From an uncultured Ignavibacteria bacterium (GTDB lineage Bacteria; Zixibacteria; MSB-5A5; SM23-73-2), in the NCBI GenBank assembly GCA_964447175.1, contig CAYURP010000002.1, forward strand, positions 937 to 64,936: 64,000 bases of DNA, in the 5' to 3' direction. This document shows positions 46,082 through 55,938 of the stretch, piece after piece. The translations under genes were made by a program, and so were the position numbers. Position 1 is the stretch's first letter; every line of letters begins with the position of its first letter. The notes beneath the pieces were generated by a model. It had not been told where the DNA came from, did not search any database, and saw only the letters and a program-made list of their open reading frames with translations.

Positions 46082-48394
46082 CTACCACCAGGACCAGATC
46101 TCTACCCTTAGGTAGTGGATTATTCTTCTGGTTAAGACATAAATCAAACTTCGTTTTCCGCAGTAGATTTTGGCATGGCCGGTCATCCCGGGCCTTAATA
46201 GGTGCTCGGCGTTTGCTACTTTGCTGGTTATTCGGAATACTTTCCTTGAACCAATGCTTTCGGATTGATGGGAGATTCTGGAAACCTCTCCAAAAAATGA
46301 TTCAAAGGGATAGCTCCTGACTTTGGTTTTGACCTTTAATCCGGGCTGGACCACGTCCATGTCTTTTTCAGAAACATAAATCAAAACCCTTACGGTATCG
46401 ATGTTTTTGATGCTCAGGAAGTTGCTGTCTGTTTTCACTGTGGTGACAATCCCGGAGATGGGGGTTTTTATCTCGGATGCCTGTATCTGATTCTCCAATA
46501 ACTCTGCCTCTGCCTTGAATTGTTCCACCTCTGCCTGTGCCATTTTAAGTTCCTCAGGCTTTGAGCCAGCTTCCAGTATCTTGAGATCGTTTTCTGCAAT
46601 ATCCTTTTCCTTAATCAGAACAGAGTGGTCGGTGGTGATTTTTTCTAATCCCTCCTCGCTTATCAGATTCTGCTCTGAAAGCTTCTTTGCCCTATCCAGC
46701 TCAGATTTTTTGGATTTGAGTTTAAGTTCCGCTTGAGTTAACTTGTCTTTAGCATTCTGGATTTCCTCCGGGTCGGGCCAGTTTTCTAAAAGCTGGTAAT
46801 TGGCTTCTGCTTGTTTGATTCTGGCGTTTATCTCCTTTAGCTGGGTTTTATACTGGGTGGAGCTAAATGAGGCTATTACCTGTCCCGGCTTCACCATCTC
46901 CCCCTCTTTTACCCTGGTCTCCAGATTGACCACGGCATAGTCCGAGGAGATCAATTTCAAAAAATTGGTCTCCTTTTTCTCCTGGTTTTTTGCCAGAAAA
47001 ATATTCTCCTGAATATACCCGTCAGTATGGGTAATCAAGGTATAGGATTCCAGGGGTGCGATCTCGCAGTTGCTGGAGACCCTTAACTGAATCGGGAAAA
47101 GGAAAAGAAAAAGAAGAATTGCAGCAATTATGATTGACCATCGGATGATCTTTTTTGGCTTCAAAATATCCTCTTTTTTTACCAGAAAAAAGCTAACAAA
47201 CCCAGCCAGAAAAACCTGAGCCGGATGTTTAAAGATAAGATAGACTAAAACCAAAAACAAGACAAATCCATACCCCTGAAACTGGTGCACTAAGAACTTC
47301 TCGACTCTGATAAAAATATAACCCAGAAGCAAGACAGAATAGATCAGAGACAAACTTCCATAAAAGGAGTAAATCTTTTTCTCCTTGGGCGTGATATTAA
47401 CTTCCTGCACTTCCAACTTCAGGATATTCTTTTTGAAAACCGAATTCAGATAACCGAACGCTTTTTTTCTGAGGTTGGGTATCTCCAGGTAGTCTGACAG
47501 AAGATAGTAGGCATCGAATTTCATCAGGGGATTGAAGTTAAAAAGCAAAACTACACCGGAGGTCAACATCACCACGAAAAGGAAACTATTGAGCTGGGTT
47601 TGGATATCGGTGATTCTCCAGAGAATGGTTGCTGATGCCCAGAGGAAAATGTGAATGTAAATTCCGGCAAAGGAGACCCAGAGCTTTTTCGATTTCTCTT
47701 TAAAAAGCCAGGCATCGGACACGTTGGTGAAAAAAGCAGGCTGAAGATATATCAGCAAAAATCCCATCTCATGCACATCTCCACCATAGTGTTTACAGGT
47801 TACGGCATGCCCCAGCTCGTGAATTATCCCGATAAAAAAGATGGCAATCCAGAGCTTGAAGATGGTGGTGATGCGATAAAGCCCCCGAAGAGAGTATCCC
47901 AGATCGCCCCAGTTAAAGATTGTTATGAGGAAGCCTAAAACTATCACCAAAATCGAGAAGATGAAAAACCCGGGCGTGAATAGGAATCTAACCTTTTTGG
48001 TGAACCTATCCAGAAACCTGTTGGGATCAAAGGCTTTGATCTTTAAAAAGAAAATCCTTCTGAGGATGTTTTTCTTTTTCTGAGCCTGGTATTGTAATTT
48101 TGAAAGCTCCCTTTGAGATATTTCCCCTTCTAAAAAGCCTGCCTTTTCCAATTTTTCAATGAATCTATCTAAGGTTTCAGAGGATACTATGACATTCAGT
48201 TCCTGATGCAGCTTTTGTATAATCTTTTCTTTGGGTGTTTTGCCGTCGAGATATTTTATGATAAAGTGTTCTGGTTCACCCACACGGAAGAATCTTTTGG
48301 TGATAGGATCTTTTATCACATAGTAGGTTTTGTTCTCGAATACCTGCTGGCTTGTGATCAGCTTTTCCCTTATTTTGGGATAATTACCTGTCAT
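46082..48394 (-). CDS. membrane HExxH zinc-metalloprotease-like domain fused to HlyD-family periplasmic adaptor (membrane-fusion protein) domain
   Basis: The ORF runs to a GTG at 48466. The first ATG with a plausible context is MTGNYPKIRE (48394), so the start is uncertain. A multi-TM region contains GIIHELGHAVTCKHYGGDVHEMGF. The C-terminal half has an HlyD-like coiled-coil, biotin-lipoyl-like and beta-barrel segments (GEMVKPGQVIASFSS...; RVLIYVSEKDMDVVQPGLKV). Confidence 0.6.
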   Translation of the reverse strand: MTGNYPKIREKLITSQQVFENKTYYVIKDPITKRFFRVGEPEHFIIKYLDGKTPKEKIIQKLHQELNVIVSSETLDRFIEKLEKAGFLEGEISQRELSKLQYQAQKKKNILRRIFFLKIKAFDPNRFLDRFTKKVRFLFTPGFFIFSILVIVLGFLITIFNWGDLGYSLRGLYRITTIFKLWIAIFFIGIIHELGHAVTCKHYGGDVHEMGFLLIYLQPAFFTNVSDAWLFKEKSKKLWVSFAGIYIHIFLWASATILWRITDIQTQLNSFLFVVMLTSGVVLLFNFNPLMKFDAYYLLSDYLEIPNLRKKAFGYLNSVFKKNILKLEVQEVNITPKEKKIYSFYGSLSLIYSVLLLGYIFIRVEKFLVHQFQGYGFVLFLVLVYLIFKHPAQVFLAGFVSFFLVKKEDILKPKKIIRWSIIIAAILLFLFLFPIQLRVSSNCEIAPLESYTLITHTDGYIQENIFLAKNQEKKETNFLKLISSDYAVVNLETRVKEGEMVKPGQVIASFSSTQYKTQLKEINARIKQAEANYQLLENWPDPEEIQNAKDKLTQAELKLKSKKSELDRAKKLSEQNLISEEGLEKITTDHSVLIKEKDIAENDLKILEAGSKPEELKMAQAEVEQFKAEAELLENQIQASEIKTPISGIVTTVKTDSNFLSIKNIDTVRVLIYVSEKDMDVVQPGLKVKTKVRSYPFESFFGEVSRISHQSESIGSRKVFRITSKVANAEHLLRPGMTGHAKIYCGKRSLIYVLTRRIIHYLRVEIWSWW

Positions 48395-48466
48395 TTTTCT
48401 GAGAACGATTTTTTTATAATCTACCAAAACGTAATAAAATAAGTCAAGTGAAATCTGAATTAGCAC

Positions 48467-49700
48467 CCTTCGGGCGAAGATAAACTTCGCCCCTACGCGT
48501 TAATTTTATAACCTCTCCCTAACCCTCTCCTTTTAAAGGAGAGGGAATAGGTGAGGATAAACTCTTTTTAGGGAGTAGCCTGGAGTCTTCTGATCCAAGG
48601 TAATGGTGTCCGGGTTGTGAAACCTGTCATTGCGGGTGATAGCGAATCAATCTTCAATTAAGGATGTATGATTCTGTCGGGTCGGGGGACCCGACAGACA
48701 CAGAATTCCCACCTTGCCTCAATGTGGGATTACAGTTTTAACCCCTCCTGACCTCCCCTTATCAGGGGAGGAATATTTTGAGTCCCCCTGACAAGGGGGA
48801 AACGGGGGTTTATTTCGTCCTTGCCATAACTCCGGCCACATTCTCCAAATCCCCAATCAACTCTTTCTTGTCTTTCATATAACTTTGCCTTGATTCTTCA
48901 TTTTCTATTTTCTGGACAATATCATTCACGATTTTGAAAGCCAATTCAAACTCCTTATAACCTGTTTCATAATCTTTGCTCTGAATATGTAATTTTCCCA
49001 AAAAATGATGAATTCTCCACAAAGTTTCCGGCTTTCCTATTATCTTTGGCAATTTCTTTTGATTTTTTCAAATTCACCTAACCTCTGACAAAAGGTAGAC
49101 CAGTGGCCTCGGGCACTGGTCAAAATATACTTTTTCAAGGGTCTCATTCATCGGGACACGAAAAACCAATTTGATGAATCAAACCGCTACGAGAAACCCC
49201 TGTAGATATCACACCTGTCCCGTTCTTGGCGGGATTTATGCGACCCGATGAACTGTTTTAATAACCCCTCCTGACCTCCCCTTATCAGGGGAGGAACATT
49301 TTGAGTCCCCCTGACAAGGGGGGATACGGGGGTTTATTGCGTCTTCAACAGAAACCCTCCCACCCCTCCAAATCCTCCATCAACTCTTTCTTGTCTTTCA
49401 TATAACTTTGCCTTAAAGGGTACACCAGTAGCCTCTGCCACTGGTCAAAATATACTCATTAGCCCAGGCAGGGGTGCTTAGGCTACGAGACTTTTCTTTC
49501 CGAACCTCTCCCTAACCCTCTCCTTTTGAAGGAGAGGGAATGGGTGAGGATGTACTCTTTTCAGCGGGTAGCCTGGAGTCTTCTGATCCAAGGTAATGGT
49601 GTCCGGGTCAACGAAACTCTTTTACGTTGAAATAATGTTATCGTAGGGACATACCTTTAGGTCTGTCCGTGACACCAAAAAAACGGACAGGTCTGAAGAC
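48467..49700. repeat. repeat-dense region made of duplicated modules (A: 48511-48615/49504-49608; B: 48737-48814/49259-49337; C: 48845-48895/49368-49415; D: 49095-49131/49417-49454)
   Basis: Each module occurs twice with more than 85% identity. Module B is a pair of GC hairpins (ctcccct-tatc-aggggag; tccccct-gaca-aggggga) plus a T-run. The region is bounded by the direct repeat gggcgaagRtaaacttcgcccctacgcg at 48470-48500 and 50577-50603. Confidence 0.7.
48810..49052 (-). pseudogene. TPR-like gene fragment embedded in the repeat region (probable remnant)
   Basis: The 80-aa ORF contains TPR-like helices. Its 5' end (module C) is duplicated at 49368-49415 without a continuing ORF. Confidence 0.3.
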
Positions 49701-49805
49701 CTGTCCCTACATTCCTTCATTCTTTTCAAGAAGAAATCCTCTTGACACCTGATGGTTACTTTCTAAGTTATTGAGTCGTACTTTTCTTGAACGTAGAACT
49801 TAACA

Positions 49806-50543
49806 ATGGATAAAAGCAGAGCAAGTTTTAATTCAGAATTTATCAAATCGCCGGAATACCTGAAAGATTTCTTCTCAAGATTGGCTCCGTCTTATAAGAA
49901 ATTCAACAGAATAGCCAGCCTTTTTCTGGATGGATACTGGAGAGACCGGGTGGTAAGCTTTGCCCGAACCGGAATGAGTGTATTAGACCTCTGCACCGGA
50001 ACAGGTGATCTGGCATTTAAGATAGCAAGAAAGATTGGATGGGGTGGAAAGGTTGTGGGCATCGATTTCAGCCCGGAGATGTTGACCCTTGCCAAAGAGA
50101 AAAAAGAGAAGCTGAGCTTGGATTCGAGAATTGATTTTCGGTTGTCCCGGGCAGAGGATTTACCATTTGAGTCCGAAAGTTTCGATCTTGTGGTCTCGGC
50201 TTTTGCCATGCGCAATGTAAGGGCGAATTTGGAAAAAGTCTTAAAAGAGATTTTCAGGGTGCTTAAACCCGGCGGGCAAACAGCGATTTTAGAATTCTCC
50301 AGACCGAAATTTCTCATCTTAAAACTCTTGCACTTTCTTTATTTGAAAACAGTTATACCATTAGATGAGAAAATAGTCTTTGGATCAAAATGGAGCTCTG
50401 ATTATTTAACTGAATCCGTTTTACATTTTTTCAGTCCAAAGGATTTTTGCCACAAGCTTTCCCAGGCAGGTTTTTCAAAGGTGAGATATATCCCCTTGAA
50501 TTTTGGCATTGTTGTGATTCACCGGGCGAGGAAGTGTATCTAA
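49806..50543 (+). CDS. ubiE: class I SAM-dependent methyltransferase of the UbiE/MenG family (demethylmenaquinone/ubiquinone methyltransferase)
   Basis: 245 aa. SAM motif VLDLCTGTGDLAFKIA, VVGIDFSPEMLTLAKEK, and RVLKPGG...ILEFSRP, which closely parallels E. coli UbiE RVLKPGGRLLVLEFSKP. Confidence 0.7.
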   Translation: MDKSRASFNSEFIKSPEYLKDFFSRLAPSYKKFNRIASLFLDGYWRDRVVSFARTGMSVLDLCTGTGDLAFKIARKIGWGGKVVGIDFSPEMLTLAKEKKEKLSLDSRIDFRLSRAEDLPFESESFDLVVSAFAMRNVRANLEKVLKEIFRVLKPGGQTAILEFSRPKFLILKLLHFLYLKTVIPLDEKIVFGSKWSSDYLTESVLHFFSPKDFCHKLSQAGFSKVRYIPLNFGIVVIHRARKCI

Positions 50544-50718
50544 TAATACTTTTATGAACATGGTTGGGATCAATGGGCGAAGGTAAACTTCGCCCCTACG
50601 CGATGCTTTTTCCGTTTTAAATATTTTCATTTACTTATATAATTAAAAAAGCGAGGATGATTACATCCTCGCTTAGCAGATTTACTCGTAGGGTTGGAGT
50701 TTATCTCCACCCAATAAA

Positions 50719-51246
50719 CTATTGTTCTCGCAGGGATTGTAAGACCTTGTTGGTTATGTCCATTTCGTCTTTGGCGTATAAAATATCTCCACCGGCTGTA
50801 TCTAAAATCAGGGTGTAGCTATCCCTTAAAGCTATCAGGTTGATGGCAGCGTTTATCTTATCGATCAAGGGCTTGGAGAGTTCGTATTCCCTTTGAGCTG
50901 CCTCGCCGTCAGCCCCTAAAATCTTTCGGGCAAATTCCTCGTATTCCAGTTGTTTCTCCAGTATCTTCTGCTCCCTTTCCCTTCTTTTATCCTCACTTAA
51001 AAGCATCCTCTGGGTATTGAGCTCATCCTGCATATTGATGATTTCCTGCTGTAATGAATCTGCATAACCCTGCCAAATAGCCAGCTGCTGATCGAATTTG
51101 GCTTTAGCGTCGGCATATTCTTTATATTCCAATTTCAGACGATTGGTGTCCACGTATCCGATCTTGATCTGCTGGCTAAAAACGCTGGAAGCTATAAGCA
51201 AAAAAGCTAAAAAGAAAAGCATAACCGAGAATCTCTTTACAGACAT
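50719..51246 (-). CDS. skp: OmpH/Skp-family periplasmic chaperone
   Basis: Start set at MSVKRF (RBS aggagg 6 nt upstream). Signal peptide, then a long coiled-coil-rich region with a conserved core (IGYVD...ILDTAGGDILYA). Confidence 0.7.
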   Translation of the reverse strand: MSVKRFSVMLFFLAFLLIASSVFSQQIKIGYVDTNRLKLEYKEYADAKAKFDQQLAIWQGYADSLQQEIINMQDELNTQRMLLSEDKRREREQKILEKQLEYEEFARKILGADGEAAQREYELSKPLIDKINAAINLIALRDSYTLILDTAGGDILYAKDEMDITNKVLQSLREQ

Positions 51247-51586
51247 TCTTACCTCCTCTTTGTCGAATAAATTCGAACACAAAAATTTGATTTCATTGAG
51301 ATATGGTCTTCTTTCATAATTTTTACTTGGACTAAGATAAAATTCCGAGGGTGCTTGTCAAGCACTATTTAAATAAGTTTCACTATTCATATCCATATTT
51401 ACTCATATTGGTTTGAGCAAATTTGACTTTTGTCATAAAACTTCATTTCCCTTTTTCACCTTTTATGAGCTTGACTTTTGAGGAAATCCTGTTTAAATAG
51501 AGATATTGATAAAAAGTTAAGTTGCTGTTTATGATCTGACTCCTCTATTAAAGAGTAGAGGTTTTTACAGAGGAAAGGTATAAATT

Positions 51587-52474
51587 ATGGAGAATTTGAA
51601 ATTTTACATAGTGGACGTTTTTGCAGAGGAGAAATATGCCGGCAACCAGCTGGCGGTGATCAGAGGAGCAAAAGCACTTTCCACTGATCAAATGCAAAAA
51701 ATTGCCAAGGAGATGAACTATTCGGAGACCACCTTCATCCTATCAGATGTACAAAAAGGAGGGGGATACGATGTCCGCATTTTCACCCCGGAAAATGAAC
51801 TGCCCTTTGCAGGACATCCCACTTTAGGAACTGCTTATGTGATACAGCAGGAGATCGTCAAAAAGCCTGTGAAGAGGATTGTTTTAAGTCTGAAGGTAGG
51901 AAAAATTCCAGTAGATTTTAATTATGCCGGAGAAAAGGTAGACATTATGTGGATGAAGCAGGTTCAGCCCATTTTTGGGCAGACTTTTGATCCTGAGACT
52001 ATCTCTCAGATTTTGAACCTGAAAACCGAAGAAATAGATCAAAATTTTCCCATCCAGGATGTTTCCACAGGGGTTCCATTTATTATAGCACCTTTGAAGA
52101 CCTTGAAGGCTTTAAAACTGGCAAGGGTGGACCGGGATAAATATTTTAAGCTGGTTAACACCTCTCAGGCCAAAAGCCTTTTGGTTTTTTGTCCTGAAAC
52201 ATACAAAAAGGAAAACGACTTGAACGTCCGGGTATTTGCGGACTACTACGGCGTGACCGAGGATCCTGCCACTGGATCTGCCAATGGCTGCCTGGCTGGG
52301 TATCTGGTAAAGCATCGTTATTTCGGAGAGGACAAAATCGACATTCGTGTGGAACAGGGTTATGAAATAGGCAGGGAATCTTTGCTTTTTTTAAAAGCGG
52401 AAAAAAAGGAGGAGGGAATAGATGTGTTTGTAGGTGGCAGGGTGGTAATGGTGGCTAAAGGGGAACTGGTTTAG
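51587..52474 (+). CDS. PhzF-family isomerase (phenazine-biosynthesis-like protein)
   Basis: 295 aa. N-terminal FYIVDVFAEEKYAGNQLAVI and ETTFI motifs plus the second-half catalytic region typical of PhzF/DAP-epimerase-fold proteins. Confidence 0.75.
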   Translation: MENLKFYIVDVFAEEKYAGNQLAVIRGAKALSTDQMQKIAKEMNYSETTFILSDVQKGGGYDVRIFTPENELPFAGHPTLGTAYVIQQEIVKKPVKRIVLSLKVGKIPVDFNYAGEKVDIMWMKQVQPIFGQTFDPETISQILNLKTEEIDQNFPIQDVSTGVPFIIAPLKTLKALKLARVDRDKYFKLVNTSQAKSLLVFCPETYKKENDLNVRVFADYYGVTEDPATGSANGCLAGYLVKHRYFGEDKIDIRVEQGYEIGRESLLFLKAEKKEEGIDVFVGGRVVMVAKGELV

Positions 52475-52513
52475 ATTGAATTTCCTAAATGTGATCTGAA
52501 GCAGGAGAAAAAT

Positions 52514-53761
52514 ATGAATCAGAGGAATAGAGGATGGGTAAAGGTTATCCCTGTATTCTTATTGGGTCCAACTCCCTCATTTATTCGAGAGGATGGATTG
52601 GGCTTCAGTGATGTGAAAGATAAGGCTGAACAAGATGTTAAAGCAGATGAGATTCTAAAGCGATTGGACATAAAAACAGAACCCAAAATTATGGTAAAAG
52701 AGGAGGAAGACCTTTTTGGACTGGATACCCAGGCAGATGTGTTGATATTTTTTTCACACTGTATGGACAGATTCCCTTATCTTATCAGTCTTGCTGCCGC
52801 AGGCTTACCCATTATCATCTCAACTGAAGAGGGCCTGTCAAGTGATGCTTTGGATACATATGAATACCTGGCGGATTATGATAATGTAGAGCTTGTATTC
52901 AGTTTTGAAGAGATCAAACGGGAAATCAGAATTATCAACACTGTAAAGCAAATTAAAAGGACAAAAGTTTGTGTGTTCGATTTAGGTGAACGCTCCTTGG
53001 ATGGAGTTGCCTGGTATAAAAATCCCCTTTTAAAAGGAAAGTTTAAAACTCAATACATTGATGTGCAGGATTTCGAAAAAAGATACAAAGAGATCAACAT
53101 GTCAGAGGCACAAAGTTTAGCGAAAAAATGGATGGAGGAGTCTGAGGTTAAAGAGCCCTCTTTGGAGGATGTTACAAAATCCGCTCAGGTATATATTGCT
53201 ATGAAGAATATAATTGAGCACATGGAGGCGGACGTTGCCTATGTGCTCTGGTGCGGTCAGTTCAGTGAGATACTGGGCACGAAAATGTGCTTTGCCATTA
53301 CCAGATTAAACGATGCTGGTATTCCAACCGGATGCTGGAGAGGGGAGAGTCTTCTTCCCATGTTGATTCTGCACCATCTTTCGGAGAAACCTGTTTTCTT
53401 TGGAGAGGTGCACACCTATCGGGATGGAATTCTAAGCCTTCGCCACTGTGCGGTTCCCTCAAAGATATCACCCTCACCCTTTGTTTTGAGAAGGTGGCGG
53501 GATCGAGAAGGAACGGTCACCGGCTACTGTGAAATGCCAAAAGGGGAGGTTACCCTGGTTAATTCCGGCATAGGAGACAAAATAGTGGTGATGAAAGGTG
53601 AGGTTGTCAAGTGCGGAGACGTAGGTGGCGATAACTGCAGGACCACTGCCTGGGTGAAGCTTGAGGATGGATCACCTGTTTCTGAAATCACGGGCCGTGA
53701 ATTTGCCATGGTTTACGGAGATTATGTAGAAGAGGCAATAGAAGTTGCTAAGATGCTCTGA
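52514..53761 (+). CDS. hypothetical protein (two-domain, Cys-containing; possibly sugar-isomerase-like)
   Basis: 415 aa. No motif recognised with confidence. It is co-directional with phzF and separated from it by 40 nt. Confidence 0.4.
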   Translation: MNQRNRGWVKVIPVFLLGPTPSFIREDGLGFSDVKDKAEQDVKADEILKRLDIKTEPKIMVKEEEDLFGLDTQADVLIFFSHCMDRFPYLISLAAAGLPIIISTEEGLSSDALDTYEYLADYDNVELVFSFEEIKREIRIINTVKQIKRTKVCVFDLGERSLDGVAWYKNPLLKGKFKTQYIDVQDFEKRYKEINMSEAQSLAKKWMEESEVKEPSLEDVTKSAQVYIAMKNIIEHMEADVAYVLWCGQFSEILGTKMCFAITRLNDAGIPTGCWRGESLLPMLILHHLSEKPVFFGEVHTYRDGILSLRHCAVPSKISPSPFVLRRWRDREGTVTGYCEMPKGEVTLVNSGIGDKIVVMKGEVVKCGDVGGDNCRTTAWVKLEDGSPVSEITGREFAMVYGDYVEEAIEVAKML

Positions 53762-53892
53762 TGTGAAACTAAAGGGTTTGACTTTTCAAAAGGATTGTTG
53801 TAACATAATTGTGTTTTTATTCTTATTAACTACAAAATAATTCAAAAAGCTTGAAAATATGTTTTTAATTAACAAAAATGTTAGGAGAAGTT

Positions 53893-55914
53893 ATGTCACC
53901 CAAGAAACGTCGAATAACAGCAGAGGATTTATATCGTTTTAAACTTATCTCTGATTGTAAAATCTCACCGGACGGAAGTCACATTGTATACTGCCTGCAT
54001 AGAGTGGATAAAAAGACCGAGAAGAAGTATTCTAATCTCTGGATTGTGCCCACAGATGGAGGATCTGCCCAGCAGTTCACTTATGGTGATCATTCAGATA
54101 CCAAGCCACAATGGTCACCAAGTGGCAAAGAGATTGCTTTCATCTCCAATCGAAAGGATGAAAAACAGTCCCAGATCTATATAATTCCCTTTGAAGGAGG
54201 GGAGGCGCGTCAATTGACTGATTTTAAGGGTGAGTTCGGAGGTTTTGAGTGGTCACCTGACGGGAAAAGATTTGTTTGCCAGTTCCGCAAAAAGGACAAA
54301 GAGGATATTGAGCGGGAGAAGGATGAGCAGAAGAAAAAACTGGGCGTGGTTTCACGTCACATAACGCGTGTCTGGTTCAAGGAGGATGCCAGGGGATTCT
54401 TGCCCAAAGAGCGCTGGCATATCTGGGTAATTGATGCTCGCAGTGGCAATGGAAAACAATTGACTCAAAGCGATGTTTACGATGAGTGGTTTCCGAGCTG
54501 GTCACCGGACGGAAAAGAGATAGTTTTCTGTTCCAATCGAACCAAAGATCCGGACCTTGATCCGAGTGTGATTGATCTTTTTGTTATAAAAGCTACAGGT
54601 GGTAGTTTTCGTGAAATAAAAACTCCACTGGGACCCAAGATGATGCCGGTTTATTCGCCGGATGGGAAATGGATCGCCTATACTGGTAAAGAGGGTAGGG
54701 GGCAGTACTGGAAAAATAACTCCCTGTGGATCGTCCCGGCTAATGGAAAGGGAAAAGCCAAAAATCTAACTGGAAAATTTGATTTCAATGTCACCAATTG
54801 GACCATAAATGATTTGCCCGGCACTCCCCCTGACATCCCGATTACCTGGTCTAAAGACGGAAAACGGTTGTATTTCCCGGTGGCAAAACATGGTAACGGA
54901 TTTCTCAAAACAGTAGCACTGGATGGTAATAAGAAGAGTTTGCAATCTGTGATTGGTGATGAGGGGGTGGTGGGAGCTTGCAATTTCAGCAAGGACCAAT
55001 CCAAGCTCTGTTATTTTCGCGGGGATATGAAAGATCCAGGTGAAGTCTGGATTAGAGATATGCTTACTGGTCGCTCTCGTAAACTGACCCAGGTCAACGA
55101 TGACCTGCTGAAGACCATCAACCTGGGACAAATTGAAGAGGTTTGGTTCAAGGGTGCTGCAGGCAACAATCTGCAGGGCTGGATTCTCAAACCGCCCGGT
55201 TTTAACAAAATGAGGAAATATCCATCCATTTTAGAAATACACGGTGGACCAAGGGTGCAGTATGGTAACTATTTCATGCACGAGTTCTATTATTTAGCTG
55301 CGCAGGGATATGTGGTCTATTTCTGTAATCCCCGCGGGGGCCAGGGATACGGCGAGAAGTTCTCCAAAGCTATTCATAACAACTGGGGCACGGTGGACTA
55401 TGATGATCTGATGGCCTGGACGGATTTTGTCAAGAGAAAACCATATATAAACAAAAAGAGAATGGGAGTCACAGGTGGCAGTTACGGCGGCTACATGACT
55501 AACTGGATCATAGGGCAAACCAATCAATTCGCAGCAGCGGTAACCCAGCGAAGCGTGAGCAACCTGATCAGTATGTATGGCTCCAGCGATTTCAACTGGG
55601 AGTTTCAACACGAGTTCAGCAACCTGTCTCCCTGGGAGGATTTTAAAAACTACTGGCGTCAGTCTCCAATGAAATACATCGGCGATGCTAAAACGTCTAC
55701 CCTGGTGATTCACTCAGAGCAGGATTTACGCTGTGCCATGGAGCAGGGAGAGCAGGTCTTTGTGGCTCTGAAGAAATTAGGTGTAGACACCGAAATGGTA
55801 CGCTTCCCGGACGAGCCTCATGGGCTTTCCCGGGGAGGTCGCACAGACCGCAGAATCGAAAGGCTGAAACATATGCTGCGCTGGTTTGATCGATATCTTA
55901 AAAAAAGAAAATAG
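53893..55914 (+). CDS. S9-family serine peptidase (N-terminal beta-propeller + C-terminal alpha/beta-hydrolase; acylaminoacyl-peptidase / dipeptidyl-aminopeptidase-like)
   Basis: Start at MSPKKRR (RBS aggaga). Propeller blades with repeated SPDGK motifs. Catalytic Ser in GVTGGSYGGYMTNW. Asp and His in the C-terminal region (HSEQDLRC..., PDEPHGLS). Confidence 0.85.
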   Translation: MSPKKRRITAEDLYRFKLISDCKISPDGSHIVYCLHRVDKKTEKKYSNLWIVPTDGGSAQQFTYGDHSDTKPQWSPSGKEIAFISNRKDEKQSQIYIIPFEGGEARQLTDFKGEFGGFEWSPDGKRFVCQFRKKDKEDIEREKDEQKKKLGVVSRHITRVWFKEDARGFLPKERWHIWVIDARSGNGKQLTQSDVYDEWFPSWSPDGKEIVFCSNRTKDPDLDPSVIDLFVIKATGGSFREIKTPLGPKMMPVYSPDGKWIAYTGKEGRGQYWKNNSLWIVPANGKGKAKNLTGKFDFNVTNWTINDLPGTPPDIPITWSKDGKRLYFPVAKHGNGFLKTVALDGNKKSLQSVIGDEGVVGACNFSKDQSKLCYFRGDMKDPGEVWIRDMLTGRSRKLTQVNDDLLKTINLGQIEEVWFKGAAGNNLQGWILKPPGFNKMRKYPSILEIHGGPRVQYGNYFMHEFYYLAAQGYVVYFCNPRGGQGYGEKFSKAIHNNWGTVDYDDLMAWTDFVKRKPYINKKRMGVTGGSYGGYMTNWIIGQTNQFAAAVTQRSVSNLISMYGSSDFNWEFQHEFSNLSPWEDFKNYWRQSPMKYIGDAKTSTLVIHSEQDLRCAMEQGEQVFVALKKLGVDTEMVRFPDEPHGLSRGGRTDRRIERLKHMLRWFDRYLKKRK

Positions 55915-55938
55915 ATTCTTCTGGTATGTTCTATAGTA

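Noticed and set aside
48467-49700. CRISPR array
   Set aside because: The repeats are of several different lengths (about 40-105 nt), each is present only twice, they are irregularly spaced, and they include a gene fragment. This is not a repeat-spacer architecture.
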